64,000 bases of DNA from Phocaeicola sp. Lineage in GTDB: Bacteria > Bacteroidota > Bacteroidia > Bacteroidales > Bacteroidaceae. The notes beneath the pieces were generated by a model. It was not told the DNA's origin, ran no database searches, and saw only the letters and a list, made by a program, of their open reading frames with translations. The stretch spans positions 30,993-94,992 of the forward strand of contig JBOFFJ010000183.1 in assembly GCA_051648565.1 (NCBI GenBank), read 5' to 3'. This document shows, piece by piece, positions 35,766 through 46,200 of the stretch (within the stretch, counting starts at the first letter, position 1; each line of letters starts with the position of its first letter). The position numbers and the translations under genes are program-made.

Positions 35766-36776
35766 TTACTTCGTCAAAGCAGTTTGGATATCAACCGCAC
35801 AAGCTACTGTACAACCTACCATTGGGTTGTTACCAATACCTAAGAATCCCATCATCTCTACGTGAGCAGGAACTGATGAAGAACCAGCGAATTGAGCATC
35901 ACCGTGCATACGGCCCATTGTGTCAGTCATACCGTAAGAAGCAGGACCAGCAGCCATGTTATCAGGGTGAAGTGTACGACCTGTACCACCACCCGAAGCT
36001 ACTGAGAAGTAAGGCATACCAGCTTCGATACGCTCTTTCTTGTAAGTACCCGCAACTGGGTGTTGGAAACGAGTTGGGTTTGTAGAGTTACCAGTGATTG
36101 ATACGTCTACACCCTCTTTCCACATGATTTTAACACCTTCACGAACATCGTCAGCACCGTAGCATTTTACTTTGGCACGAGGACCGTCTGAGTAAGCAAT
36201 CTCTTTCACTACAGCTACTTCGCCAGTTGCATAGTCAAATTGAGTTTGTACATAAGTAAAACCATTGATACGTGAGATGATTTGTGCAGCATCTTTACCT
36301 AAACCGTTCAAGATACAACGCAAAGGCTCTTTACGTACTTTGTCAGCTTTAGCAGCAATTTTGATAGCACCTTCGGCAGCAGCGAAAGATTCGTGTCCTG
36401 CAAGGAAAGCAAAACATTTAGTCTCTTCGCGAAGCAACATCGCAGCTAGGTTACCGTGACCGATACCTACTTTACGATCTGCAGCTACAGAACCTGGGAT
36501 ACAGAATGCTTGTAAACCGATACCGATTGCTTCGGCAGCTTCGGCAGCAGTTGTACAACCTTTTTTGATAGCGATAGCAGTACCTACTACGTAAGCCCAT
36601 TTCGCATTTTCAAAACAGATAGGTTGTGTCTCTTCACACGCCATATAAGGATCTAATCCATGAGCATCGCAGATAGCATTTGCCTCTTCGATATCTTTAA
36701 TACCATACTCGTTCAATGTAGCAAGGATTTGCACAATACGACGGTCTTGGCTTTCGAATTTTACTTCTCTAATCAT
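35766..36776 (-). CDS. GGGtGRT family protein (function unknown)
   Basis: Literal SGGGTGRTLHPDN motif, FAFLAGHESFAAAEG. Confidence 0.92.
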   Translation of the reverse strand: MIREVKFESQDRRIVQILATLNEYGIKDIEEANAICDAHGLDPYMACEETQPICFENAKWAYVVGTAIAIKKGCTTAAEAAEAIGIGLQAFCIPGSVAADRKVGIGHGNLAAMLLREETKCFAFLAGHESFAAAEGAIKIAAKADKVRKEPLRCILNGLGKDAAQIISRINGFTYVQTQFDYATGEVAVVKEIAYSDGPRAKVKCYGADDVREGVKIMWKEGVDVSITGNSTNPTRFQHPVAGTYKKERIEAGMPYFSVASGGGTGRTLHPDNMAAGPASYGMTDTMGRMHGDAQFAGSSSVPAHVEMMGFLGIGNNPMVGCTVACAVDIQTALTK

Positions 36777-36796
36777 AATCTTTTTCCTCCTTATTA

Positions 36797-37498
36797 TTAT
36801 TCGTGACGTGGATCTAATTTTCTAACTGCACCATCTTCTTCTTTTACGCGTCCGTATGTGCCTGTAACTTTAGCCAAAGCTTCGTTAGCATCTGTACCTT
36901 TCTTGATTTCGTCCATGAATTTACCCATGTGTACAAATTCGTAACCACAGATTTCATCGTTTTTATCAAGATAGATGTGTTTGATGTAACCTTCGGCCAT
37001 TTCAAGGTAACGAGGACCCTTAGCCAATGTGCCATAAAGAGTACCTACTTGGCTACGAAGACCTTTACCTAAATCTTCCAAACCAGCACCGATAATCAAA
37101 CCACCTTCAGAGAAAGCCGATTGAGTACGTCCGTAAACAATTTGAAGGAACAATTCGCGCATAGCTGTGTTGATCGCGTCGCAAACTAAGTCTGTGTTTA
37201 ATGCTTCCAAAATTGTTTTTCCAGGAAGGATTTCTGAAGCCATTGCTGCAGAGTGCGTCATACCTGAACAACCAATCGTTTCGATCAATGCTTCGTGGAT
37301 GATACCTTCTTTAACATTCAATGTCAATTTACAAGCACCTTGTTGAGGAGCACACCAGCCCACACCGTGTGTTAAACCAGAGATGTCTGAAATCTCTTTT
37401 GATCTTACCCATTTTCCCTCTTCTGGAATGGGTGCTGGTCCGTGATTAGGACCTTTTTTCACAACACACATGTGTTCTACTTCGTGTGAATAAGTCAT
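36797..37498 (-). CDS. NifU/IscU-like Fe-S scaffold domain protein
   Basis: GWCAPQQGACKL, ETIGCSGMTHSA, DLVCDAIN; the usual partner of GGGtGRT; start at MTYSHEV. Confidence 0.85.
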   Translation of the reverse strand: MTYSHEVEHMCVVKKGPNHGPAPIPEEGKWVRSKEISDISGLTHGVGWCAPQQGACKLTLNVKEGIIHEALIETIGCSGMTHSAAMASEILPGKTILEALNTDLVCDAINTAMRELFLQIVYGRTQSAFSEGGLIIGAGLEDLGKGLRSQVGTLYGTLAKGPRYLEMAEGYIKHIYLDKNDEICGYEFVHMGKFMDEIKKGTDANEALAKVTGTYGRVKEEDGAVRKLDPRHE

Positions 37499-37803
37499 AT
37501 TCTTACGTTTTTTAATAATAAAATAATATTCGTAAACCACATGAAATGACTTCTAAAAATCATTTCGCCTACAAAGTTACTCCTTTTCTTCTTTGTTTCC
37601 AATCTCCTTGCACCCTCTTTTTAATAATAAAATTATAAAATTGTTGTGTATATCTTGTTTTGCAAACTCCACGTTGCAAAAGCTCTTTCTTTTCTGATTT
37701 TTTGCTTTCCGTTCTCTCTTTTTTCATCGAAAGGTATGGTGGTTATGTCTGTCAAATGACTACCTTTGCCTATATAATGAACGCTAATAATAGAATTGAC
37801 TAA

Positions 37804-38307
37804 ATGACAAAGATAGAGATTAATGACCAAGTACTTCGCCAAGGTGCAGAAGCTGGTATGGATGAATTCCTTCAAGTTTTTATTGATAAGTACTTGGAGG
37901 TGATTGGAGGGGTAATCAATGCAGATACAATGCCGCTTTTAAATGGTTACCAACATGCTCTATTGGGATATCACTTTTTCCGGGAAGAGATAAACGAAGG
38001 TGGTTTTGTGCAGCTTATTCAAAATGGGTATGGTCCTTACACCTTTGATAACCCCTTTGCCAAAGCAATGCGATTGTTTGGATTGAAAGAGTTCTCTAAA
38101 TTGATATACGATGCCAAAGAGGTGTATGATAAGCATAGAGCCGATTTGGAAAAAGAGTGCACCGACGAAGAGTTTATGGCTATGTATGAGGAGTATGAAG
38201 TCTTTGATGATTTGGAAGAGAAGTTTATGGACATGGAAGAGTTGATTACAGCCAAGATAGCCGAATATGTAGATGAACATTTAGAGCAGTTTGCGGTGAT
38301 TAATTAA
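37804..38307 (+). CDS. DMP19/DUF4375 family acidic protein
   Basis: EINEGGFVQLIQNGYG motif, strongly acidic; -7 TACCTTTG at 37761. Confidence 0.8.
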   Translation: MTKIEINDQVLRQGAEAGMDEFLQVFIDKYLEVIGGVINADTMPLLNGYQHALLGYHFFREEINEGGFVQLIQNGYGPYTFDNPFAKAMRLFGLKEFSKLIYDAKEVYDKHRADLEKECTDEEFMAMYEEYEVFDDLEEKFMDMEELITAKIAEYVDEHLEQFAVIN

Positions 38308-38320
38308 TTTTGCAGATACT

Positions 38321-39151
38321 ATGATAAGAAGGTTAACTATTTGGCACGGTTTGTTGCTTTGGATGCTACTTTGTGTAGTAAGCGGATGTAGAAATGTAGA
38401 GCATACTCCAGTAGTCTCTCGTGTGATTGATGCTACATCGTATGATAAAGAGCTTGCCTACCTGTTGGAGTATGATTCGCAAGGGCGTATGTCTCGGTAC
38501 GGTGCGATGAATTTTACCTATGGGAACAACCAAATAAACATCAATCGAACGGTTGATAGTGAAAACCACTCTTATCGCAATTATTCTATCACCCTGATGC
38601 TTAGTAAAGGTAGGGTAAAAGAGTCTTTCTCAAGCTATACGATGCAGGTTGATGATGAGAATACCATGCAAGTAGTTGATAAACAAACCAATTACGATTG
38701 CGTTGCTGATACCCTATTTATCTCTTCTACTTATCGTTTAACTTCCACCAATCGCTTGGTTAAGGCGGTTAGGCGTAAATGTGTGTTGGATAGTCAGCAG
38801 CGAATTGTCGAGATGATCTCTTCTAGCGATGGTATGAATGATACCATTGTATCTTGTCACACCTTCTATGGTTACCAAGATAATATCCAATATAAGGCTA
38901 ACTTAAATTTAAGTGCTTATTCTATGGGTGTCAAAGAGCCTGATGAATTTTTCTTTTTTCTACTCAATATAGGCGATGTAGTAAATTCAACAAATCTTCC
39001 AAATGATTTAAGTTACAATGTAAATAGAGGAGAGAAACTCTATCGTGTAGCGGAAAATTATCACTTTGCAGAAGATAATATTATCCGGCTAGAGCTGCTG
39101 AAAAATGAACAGCAGCTCTTGGCTCGGTATGCTTTTGAGTATCTCCCTTAA
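38321..39151 (+). CDS. Hypothetical lipoprotein, beta-rich (DUF4595-like)
   Basis: Lipobox VSGC; YD..GR-type strands. Confidence 0.55.
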   Translation: MIRRLTIWHGLLLWMLLCVVSGCRNVEHTPVVSRVIDATSYDKELAYLLEYDSQGRMSRYGAMNFTYGNNQININRTVDSENHSYRNYSITLMLSKGRVKESFSSYTMQVDDENTMQVVDKQTNYDCVADTLFISSTYRLTSTNRLVKAVRRKCVLDSQQRIVEMISSSDGMNDTIVSCHTFYGYQDNIQYKANLNLSAYSMGVKEPDEFFFFLLNIGDVVNSTNLPNDLSYNVNRGEKLYRVAENYHFAEDNIIRLELLKNEQQLLARYAFEYLP

Positions 39152-41310
39152 CTCACTAAGTCTAGTAGTAGATAGATAGTCTCTTGGCTGAATCCGTGAC
39201 TCTCTAGTATGGGTTGGTCTGCTAAGAAGGTGGCTATAAATTGCTCTTTATCTTTGCTTGTAGCTTGTGCTTTCTTGTAGCAGGCTATAGCTTCGTCGCC
39301 TTTTTTGCTGCTGTAGTAGGCGTGTCCTGCATTCAGCCAATCTTGTGTGGTTGCTTTTTCTGTTAGCAACACCTTTTCGTATTGCTTCGTTGCCTCTTCG
39401 TACTTGCCTAATACAAAGGAACACCAACCTATGGCTCGTTGTGCATTTATAGCATTTTTCTGGTAATACTCTACTTTGAAGAAGTAGGGCAAAGCCTCTT
39501 CGTATTGTTTAAGCTCTACCAGGCAGTGTCCTATATGGAGGGTAGCCGATAGATTGGCTGGCTCAAGCTCTTCTACCTTGCGGTAATAGCTTAAGGCTTT
39601 CTCCATGTTTCCTGATCGTTGGTAACACTGAGCAAGGTTTTTGTCTACCCAGAGGCTGTCGGGTTGTATCAAGTCGGCCTGTAGGTAGTTTTCTATAGCC
39701 TTTGTAAACTCTTTCTGTTTTTGGTAGGCATATCCCGCTTTCTGCCAAATTTCGGCCTCTGTAAAACAAGTTTGTACGATTTGATCGTACAGTGTTGCAG
39801 CCTCCTTGTAGTAGCCCTTTTTAAGCAAATAATCGGCTATCTCCTTTAGTTCTGTGGGGTTGGTAAAATATTCCTTTAATGAATTACACTCCCACAAATG
39901 GAATGAGTTGTTGAAAATATCAACCTCTTCGGTTCTATTTCGCCAAAGTTTAAAGAAGCGGTAGAGGTCATGAATGTATTGTTTGATTACCTCTTCGGGG
40001 GTTGGCTCTCGGTTAGCGAACTTATTTAACAGCTCACGCTCCTCCTCTTGTAGTGTTTCGTGTTGTTGGTTTAATCCCATTGAGAGCGCCTCTTGGTGTG
40101 TTCCTGAAAGCTCTATGAGTGTGAAATAGAAGGAGTATTTATCTGAGTTGCAGAAAACGGGTAAGTTGAGCAATAGATCAAAGAAAGAGAGTTTGCCCTC
40201 TTTGTTTCTGCTCAGTTGCGTCTCTTCCGCTTGATTCCTGTCGAATTGATAGAACCAGTGCGCCATGGTTTGAAAAAAGGGATAGTGTTTGAGTTGTGCA
40301 AAACTACTCATATAGATATCTACCCCCGACATCTGTAGTTCGCTTATTTCTCTAACCTGTTTCTCCATTTGGGAGTTCTTTAACAGGTCGCTCCATTCTG
40401 GGTTGTTCTCGTCAAACTCCTCCGTGTCGTCAAAGTTGAGTTTGCTCTTTCGTTCTTTGGCAGCTTTTTGCACATTGGGCAAGATCTCTTCGCGCATCTT
40501 TTTATCCACTTTTTCAGTCTCTCTACTTAAGAGTAATTCCATTTGCACCTGGTGTAGCTTACTCATAAAATGGGGTGTTGCTACCAATTGCTTAATCATG
40601 GCGCGTGCTTGTGGGTCCTGATTAATGCGTTGGTCGTGTTGCAGGATAACGAGTGCAATCCCTACTAATGCGCGCTGGCTTGTTAGGATGTATTCGTGAT
40701 CTAATGCTTCGTATAAGAAGTTTAGTTTATGTAGATCAAATGTTCGTAGAGAACTCATGGTTACGGCACTAACTAGCAGTGCTAGGTCGCTGTCGGCTAT
40801 TTCGATCGATGTGATGAATTCCGATATCTCCTCTGCTTCCGACTCTTTCCAAGTGGTAAGTGACCATGCTTTTTCGAAGAGCTCTACCAATGCTTTTTCA
40901 TGCTGCTCGGCCGCTGCTTTTTTGCCTTCGGGCGAGTAGTTGGTCAATGGTTTGTTTCGCATCTCTATGAGCAGCAGTAATTCGCTAAAGCTTCTGCCAG
41001 GATGTTTTTGCTTCCTACGAATGGTTTCAAAATAGGAGCTTGGGTTGGTTTGGATATCGTAGGTTAGTTGTAATCTATCTTTTAGCTTGTAGGCTTTTTG
41101 GGTAAGCTTTTGGTAGAGATCTTTGCGATTAGGATCCTCCACGCCCTGCTTCATGTATTGCAGCATGTAGCTATATGCCGTTTGCAACTCTTCAATATCG
41201 CTTCGTAACTGCCAGTCTTGTAGGGTTGTTGATAGAAATGCTAACTCTTCTATCGCCTCTTTCAATCGATGTCTATGTAAAAGCTGAGTAATGTTGGTTA
41301 AATCAATCAT
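39148..41310 (-). CDS. Tetratricopeptide repeat protein
   Basis: C-terminal TPR array (AGYAYQK.KEF.KAIENY, LAQCYQ..GN.EKAL.YY). Confidence 0.88.
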   Translation of the reverse strand: MIDLTNITQLLHRHRLKEAIEELAFLSTTLQDWQLRSDIEELQTAYSYMLQYMKQGVEDPNRKDLYQKLTQKAYKLKDRLQLTYDIQTNPSSYFETIRRKQKHPGRSFSELLLLIEMRNKPLTNYSPEGKKAAAEQHEKALVELFEKAWSLTTWKESEAEEISEFITSIEIADSDLALLVSAVTMSSLRTFDLHKLNFLYEALDHEYILTSQRALVGIALVILQHDQRINQDPQARAMIKQLVATPHFMSKLHQVQMELLLSRETEKVDKKMREEILPNVQKAAKERKSKLNFDDTEEFDENNPEWSDLLKNSQMEKQVREISELQMSGVDIYMSSFAQLKHYPFFQTMAHWFYQFDRNQAEETQLSRNKEGKLSFFDLLLNLPVFCNSDKYSFYFTLIELSGTHQEALSMGLNQQHETLQEEERELLNKFANREPTPEEVIKQYIHDLYRFFKLWRNRTEEVDIFNNSFHLWECNSLKEYFTNPTELKEIADYLLKKGYYKEAATLYDQIVQTCFTEAEIWQKAGYAYQKQKEFTKAIENYLQADLIQPDSLWVDKNLAQCYQRSGNMEKALSYYRKVEELEPANLSATLHIGHCLVELKQYEEALPYFFKVEYYQKNAINAQRAIGWCSFVLGKYEEATKQYEKVLLTEKATTQDWLNAGHAYYSSKKGDEAIACYKKAQATSKDKEQFIATFLADQPILESHGFSQETIYLLLDLVS

Positions 41311-41600
41311 CTCTTTTTAGGTATGTTTCGTAATAAAATAGGAGTCTAAGCTACAAATATACATTTCTTTTTCAATAAATGTAAGTGTAAAGCCTCTTTT
41401 AAGTAACTTTCCCCTTTGGCTAAAGCTGTGATTCTCTTCTTTTTTTGTAAACAATTAGAATGTTGAATAGGTTTTATTACCAGTTGTACTCTTTACATAA
41501 GGAGGGGAGTGGCAGTGGAGATGGCGACTCTTTAAACTATATTGCAGAAATATTTCTCTAATTAAGTGCCAATCCTTTCTTCTATTCCCTAATTTTTATG

Positions 41601-41608
41601 TACTTTTG
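41601..41608 (+). promoter_or_regulatory. -7 promoter element of the nqr operon
   Basis: TACTTTTG, 34 bp upstream of nqrA. Confidence 0.65.
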
Positions 41609-41641
41609 CGACAAATTAAAAACCATTTTTTATAACCCAAC

Positions 41642-42991
41642 ATGGCAAATGTGATAAAATTACGCAAAGGCCTGAACATCAACCTGAAGGGAAAAGCCGC
41701 TCAGGAGGTTATGGATGTAAAACAACCAGAGATCTATGCGTTGATTCCTGGCGATTTTTACGGAGTAACCCCTAAAGTAGTGGTAAAAGAGCAGGAGTAT
41801 GTACTGGCTGGGGGTGTATTGTTCGTCGATAAGAACTGCCCCGAAAAGAAGTTTGTCTCTCCAGTAAGTGGTGTAGTAACCTGCATTGAAAGAGGCGAGC
41901 GTCGTAAAATTCTTAGCATCTCGGTAGCAGCTGCGGCTGAACAAGATTATGCAGAGTTTGGAAAAAAAGAGGTGTCGAAGATGACTGGCGAAGAGGTGAA
42001 GAAGGACCTGCTTGAGGCTGGTCTTTTTGCGTTTATGACGCAACGCCCTTACAGTGTGGTAGCCGACCCCACAGCAACGCCTAAAGCAATCTTTATCTCG
42101 GCATGGGATTCAAACCCACTAGCTGCCGATTTTGAGTTTGTGCTGAAAGGACAGGAGAAAGATTTCCAAACTGGCTTAGATGCCTTGGCTAAGATGGCGA
42201 AGACGTACTTAAACGTTTGTACTTGTCAAAAAAGTAGTGCACTAACCGCTGCTAAAAATGTAACTGTAACTGCATTCGAAGGTGCTAACCCCGCCGGTAA
42301 TGTAGGTGTACAGATTAACCACATCAGCCCCATCAACAAAGGGGAGGTAGTTTGGACAATTGGTGCGGAAGAGGTGATCTTCATTGGCCGTTTGTTTAAT
42401 ACAGGTAGAGTAGACTTGACTCGTACGGTAGCCTTGACAGGTTCGGAAGTAAAAGCTCCTGCTTATGCCAAGATGAAGGTAGGTGCTCAACTTACTGAGT
42501 TGTTTGCTGCCATTACTACTAAAAATCAACCCCTCCGTTACATCAATGGCAATGTACTTACCGGTACACAAGTGAAAGCCAATGGTTACCTAGCTGCTCA
42601 TGCTACTAGCCTTACGGTCATTGCCGATGGAGAGAATATCCACGAGTTCTTAGGATTTGTGATGCCTCGTTTTGACCAATTCAGTGTAAGTCGTAGCTAC
42701 TTCAGCTGGTTGTTTGGCAAGAAAGAGTATGCACTCGATGCCCGTCTAAAAGGGGGAGAGCGTCACATGATTATGTCTGGCGAGTACGATAAGGTATTCC
42801 CTATGGACATCTATCCAGAGTTCCTGCTCAAAGCAATTATCGCAGGCGATATTGACCGCATGGAGGCTTTGGGTATTTACGAAGTGGCACCCGAAGATTT
42901 TGCCGTGTGTGAATTTGTTTGCTCTTCGAAGGTAGAGTTGCAACGCATCGTGCGTCAAGGATTGGATATGCTTCGCAAAGAGATGTGTTAA
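41642..42991 (+). CDS. nqrA: Na+-translocating NADH:quinone reductase subunit A
   Basis: IKLRKGLNINLKG, SPVSG.V..I.RG.RR, GANPAGNVG, C.FVC.SK; operon order. Confidence 0.96.
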   Translation: MANVIKLRKGLNINLKGKAAQEVMDVKQPEIYALIPGDFYGVTPKVVVKEQEYVLAGGVLFVDKNCPEKKFVSPVSGVVTCIERGERRKILSISVAAAAEQDYAEFGKKEVSKMTGEEVKKDLLEAGLFAFMTQRPYSVVADPTATPKAIFISAWDSNPLAADFEFVLKGQEKDFQTGLDALAKMAKTYLNVCTCQKSSALTAAKNVTVTAFEGANPAGNVGVQINHISPINKGEVVWTIGAEEVIFIGRLFNTGRVDLTRTVALTGSEVKAPAYAKMKVGAQLTELFAAITTKNQPLRYINGNVLTGTQVKANGYLAAHATSLTVIADGENIHEFLGFVMPRFDQFSVSRSYFSWLFGKKEYALDARLKGGERHMIMSGEYDKVFPMDIYPEFLLKAIIAGDIDRMEALGIYEVAPEDFAVCEFVCSSKVELQRIVRQGLDMLRKEMC

Positions 42992-43022
42992 GCTCAGTAC
43001 AAACTAAGAATCATTTAAAATA

Positions 43023-44222
43023 ATGAAAGCGTTAAGAAATTATCTAGACAAGATAAAGCCCAACTTCCAGGAGGGGGGCAAACTGCACGCACTTCACTCG
43101 GTATTTGATGGGTTCGAAACATTTTTGTTCGCCCCCAATACTACGTCGAAGAGTGGTGTTCACATTCACGATAGCATCGATAGCAAGCGCATCATGAGTA
43201 TCGTGGTAATCGCATTGGTACCAGCCTTGTTGTTTGGTATGTTCAATGTGGGTTACTTGCACTACTTGGCAGTGGGCCAAGAGGCAAGCTTTATTGAGAA
43301 ATTTGTTTACGGTTTCCTAGCCGTACTTCCTAAGGTCATTGTATCGTATGTAGTAGGTTTGGGAATTGAATTTATCATTGCACAGTGGAAGAAAGAGGAG
43401 ATTCAAGAGGGTTTCTTGGTGTCGGGTCTTTTAATTCCTTTGATTGTGCCTGTAGACTGTCCGTTGTGGATTCTTGCCATTGCGGTAGCCTTCTCGGTGA
43501 TCTTTGTAAAAGAGATTTTTGGGGGTACAGGTATGAACATCTTCAATCCAGCCATTGGTACACGTATCTTCTTATTCTTTGCTTACCCTACTAAAATGTC
43601 GGGCGATAGCGTATGGGTAAGTACGGAATCTGTTTTTGGCATGGGTGGTGGCAACTTGGTCGATGGTTACACCGGAGCTACTTTGCTAGGTCAAGCAGCT
43701 ACCAGTGCTCCAGGTACTGCTTTGGTAAACATTGACGGTACACAAGCCACTTTGATGGATATGGTATTGGGATTCATTCCCGGTTCTATTGGCGAAACCA
43801 GTGTGATTGCCATTGCACTAGGTGCTATCCTATTGCTTTGGACCGGTGTAGCTAGCTGGAAAACCATGGGTTCTGTATTTGTAGGGGGTATCCTTATGGC
43901 TCTTGTGTTTAATGCAGTAGGTTCGGAAGAGAACATGATGGCTACGCTACCTTGGTACCAACACTTGGCATTGGGTGGTTTCTGTTTTGGTGCAGTCTTT
44001 ATGGCAACCGATCCGGTTACCTCTGCACGTACCGAAACGGGTAAATACATCTACGGTTTCTTAATCGGTATGTTTACCATCATTATCCGTGTATTGAATC
44101 CTGGTTACCCAGAGGGGATGATGCTTGTAATCTTTTTAATGAACATTTTCGCGCCATTGATTGACTACTACGTAGTTCAAAGCAACATTACGGCACGCGA
44201 AAAGAGAATGATTAACCGTTAA
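43023..44222 (+). CDS. nqrB: Na+-NQR subunit B
   Basis: H..DSID.KRIM, FNPA...R.FLFFAYP, DGYTGAT (FMN-Thr), FMATDPV. Confidence 0.96.
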   Translation: MKALRNYLDKIKPNFQEGGKLHALHSVFDGFETFLFAPNTTSKSGVHIHDSIDSKRIMSIVVIALVPALLFGMFNVGYLHYLAVGQEASFIEKFVYGFLAVLPKVIVSYVVGLGIEFIIAQWKKEEIQEGFLVSGLLIPLIVPVDCPLWILAIAVAFSVIFVKEIFGGTGMNIFNPAIGTRIFLFFAYPTKMSGDSVWVSTESVFGMGGGNLVDGYTGATLLGQAATSAPGTALVNIDGTQATLMDMVLGFIPGSIGETSVIAIALGAILLLWTGVASWKTMGSVFVGGILMALVFNAVGSEENMMATLPWYQHLALGGFCFGAVFMATDPVTSARTETGKYIYGFLIGMFTIIIRVLNPGYPEGMMLVIFLMNIFAPLIDYYVVQSNITAREKRMINR

Positions 44223-44235
44223 ATATCGAAACAGT

Positions 44236-44910
44236 ATGAATACTAATAGTAATTCTTATACCATTCTGTATGCTTCGGTAATGGTTATTATAGTAGCTTT
44301 CTTGTTGGCTTTTGTATCTTCTTCCTTGAAAGATACCCAAAATGCCAATGTAGAGCTAGATGGAAAAAAGCAAATATTGGCTGCTTTAAATGTACGTAAG
44401 AGTGCCGATGCAGCTGCCGATTATAGCAAGTTTGTTCAACAAGATATGTTGATGCAAGCCGATGGTAGCTTGGTTGCTTACGAAGGTGCTTTTCAATCTT
44501 CTTACAAAGGCGAAATGGACGAAAACCGTTTCCACGTATTTGTATGTCAAGTAGAGGGAGCCACTAAATATGTACTTCCTATTTATGGTGCAGGTCTTTG
44601 GGGCCCTATCTGGGGATATGTAGCCTTGAATGAGGACAAAGCAACTGTTTACGGTGCTTACTTCTCACACAAGAGTGAAACACCTGGTTTGGGAGCCGAT
44701 ATTGCTACAGCTAAGTTCCAAGATCAGTTTGTGGGTAAGCAAGTTTTTGACAATAGCGAAGTAGCCCTTACGGTGGTGAAAAATGGTAAAGTGGTGAATG
44801 GTGCTTACGAAGTCGATGGTATCTCTGGGGGTACAATTACATCGGTAGGGGTAGCCAATATGCTTCACGATTGCTTGAGCGTATACACCAAATTTCTAAC
44901 TAATAAATAA
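44236..44910 (+). CDS. nqrC: Na+-NQR subunit C
   Basis: GAGLWGPIWG, ETPGLG, DGISGGTITS (FMN-Thr). Confidence 0.96.
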   Translation: MNTNSNSYTILYASVMVIIVAFLLAFVSSSLKDTQNANVELDGKKQILAALNVRKSADAAADYSKFVQQDMLMQADGSLVAYEGAFQSSYKGEMDENRFHVFVCQVEGATKYVLPIYGAGLWGPIWGYVALNEDKATVYGAYFSHKSETPGLGADIATAKFQDQFVGKQVFDNSEVALTVVKNGKVVNGAYEVDGISGGTITSVGVANMLHDCLSVYTKFLTNK

Positions 44911-44924
44911 GAGGAGAGAGAGAA

Positions 44925-45563
44925 ATGAGTGCATTATTTTCTAAAAAGAATAGAGAAGTTCTTTTGGCTCCACTTGGGTTAACCAATCCGGTAACTACAC
45001 AAGTATTAGGTATCTGTTCGGCACTAGCCGTAACGGTTCAGCTAGAGCCTGCTGTAGTAATGAGCCTTTCGGTAGTGATCATTACAGCTATGGCCAACTT
45101 TGTAATCTCTTTGTTGCGCAATACCGTTCCTAACCGTATTCGTATCATTGTACAATTGGTGGTAGTGGCTACCTTGGTAACTATTGTGAGCGAAGTGTTG
45201 AAAGCGTTTGCCTACGATGTAAGCGTACAGCTTTCTGTATATATTGGTCTAATCATTACCAACTGTATCTTGATGGGTCGTTTAGAGGCGTTTGCCATGA
45301 TGAACCGCCCTTGGGAGTCGTTCCTCGATGGTATTGGTAATGGTTTGGGTTATGCAAAGATTTTGATTATTGTAGCTTTCTTCCGCGAGTTGTTGGGTGC
45401 TGGTAGCCTTTTTGGTTTCCAAGTAATTCCTCAATCTCTGTACGAGGCAGGTTACATCAACAACGGTTTGATGTTGATGCCTCCTATGGCATTGATTATC
45501 TGTGCTTGTATTATTTGGTACGAACGTGCTAAGAACAAGTCGTTGCAAGAGTCAAGCAACTAA
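44925..45563 (+). CDS. nqrD: Na+-NQR subunit D
   Basis: NP....LGICSALAVT, LIITNCILMGR.EAFA. Confidence 0.96.
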   Translation: MSALFSKKNREVLLAPLGLTNPVTTQVLGICSALAVTVQLEPAVVMSLSVVIITAMANFVISLLRNTVPNRIRIIVQLVVVATLVTIVSEVLKAFAYDVSVQLSVYIGLIITNCILMGRLEAFAMMNRPWESFLDGIGNGLGYAKILIIVAFFRELLGAGSLFGFQVIPQSLYEAGYINNGLMLMPPMALIICACIIWYERAKNKSLQESSN

Positions 45564-45588
45564 TCCCCATCTATAAAACAAAAAAAAC

Positions 45589-46185
45589 ATGGAATATTTA
45601 AGTTTATTTGTAAAGTCCATTTTTGTGGAAAACATGGTTTTCGCATACTTCCTGGGGATGTGTTCTTACTTGGCAGTATCGAAAAACGTGAAGACAGCTT
45701 TAGGTTTGGGTTTGGCCGTTACTTTCGTGTTGATTGTAACGCTTCCTGTAAACTACTTGCTAGAGAACTATGTACTGAAAGCAAACGCATTGGTTGATGG
45801 GGTAGACTTGAGCTTCTTGAGCTTGATTCTGTTCATTGCCGTAATTGCTGCCATTGTACAGTTGGTAGAGATGATTGTCGAGAAATTTAGCCCCTCGCTT
45901 TATGCCTCACTCGGTATTTTCCTTCCGCTTATTGCTGTAAACTGTGCCATCATGGGTGGTTCATTGTTTATGCAACAACGTAACTTCGACGGTGTTGGCG
46001 AAGCAGCTACGTATGCATTAGGATCGGGTATCGGTTGGTTGCTAGCCATCGTAGGTTTGGCAGCTATTCGCGAGAAATTGGCTTACTCACACGTTCCAGC
46101 TCCTCTTCGTGGATTGGGTATTACGTTCGTAGTAGTAGGTTTGATGGCTATGGCATTTATGTGTTTCTCTGGTTTGAAAATCTAA
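45589..46185 (+). CDS. nqrE: Na+-NQR subunit E
   Basis: [26 protein letters not shown]. Confidence 0.96.
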   Translation: MEYLSLFVKSIFVENMVFAYFLGMCSYLAVSKNVKTALGLGLAVTFVLIVTLPVNYLLENYVLKANALVDGVDLSFLSLILFIAVIAAIVQLVEMIVEKFSPSLYASLGIFLPLIAVNCAIMGGSLFMQQRNFDGVGEAATYALGSGIGWLLAIVGLAAIREKLAYSHVPAPLRGLGITFVVVGLMAMAFMCFSGLKI

Positions 46186-46200
46186 AAGAAAGGAATAACA

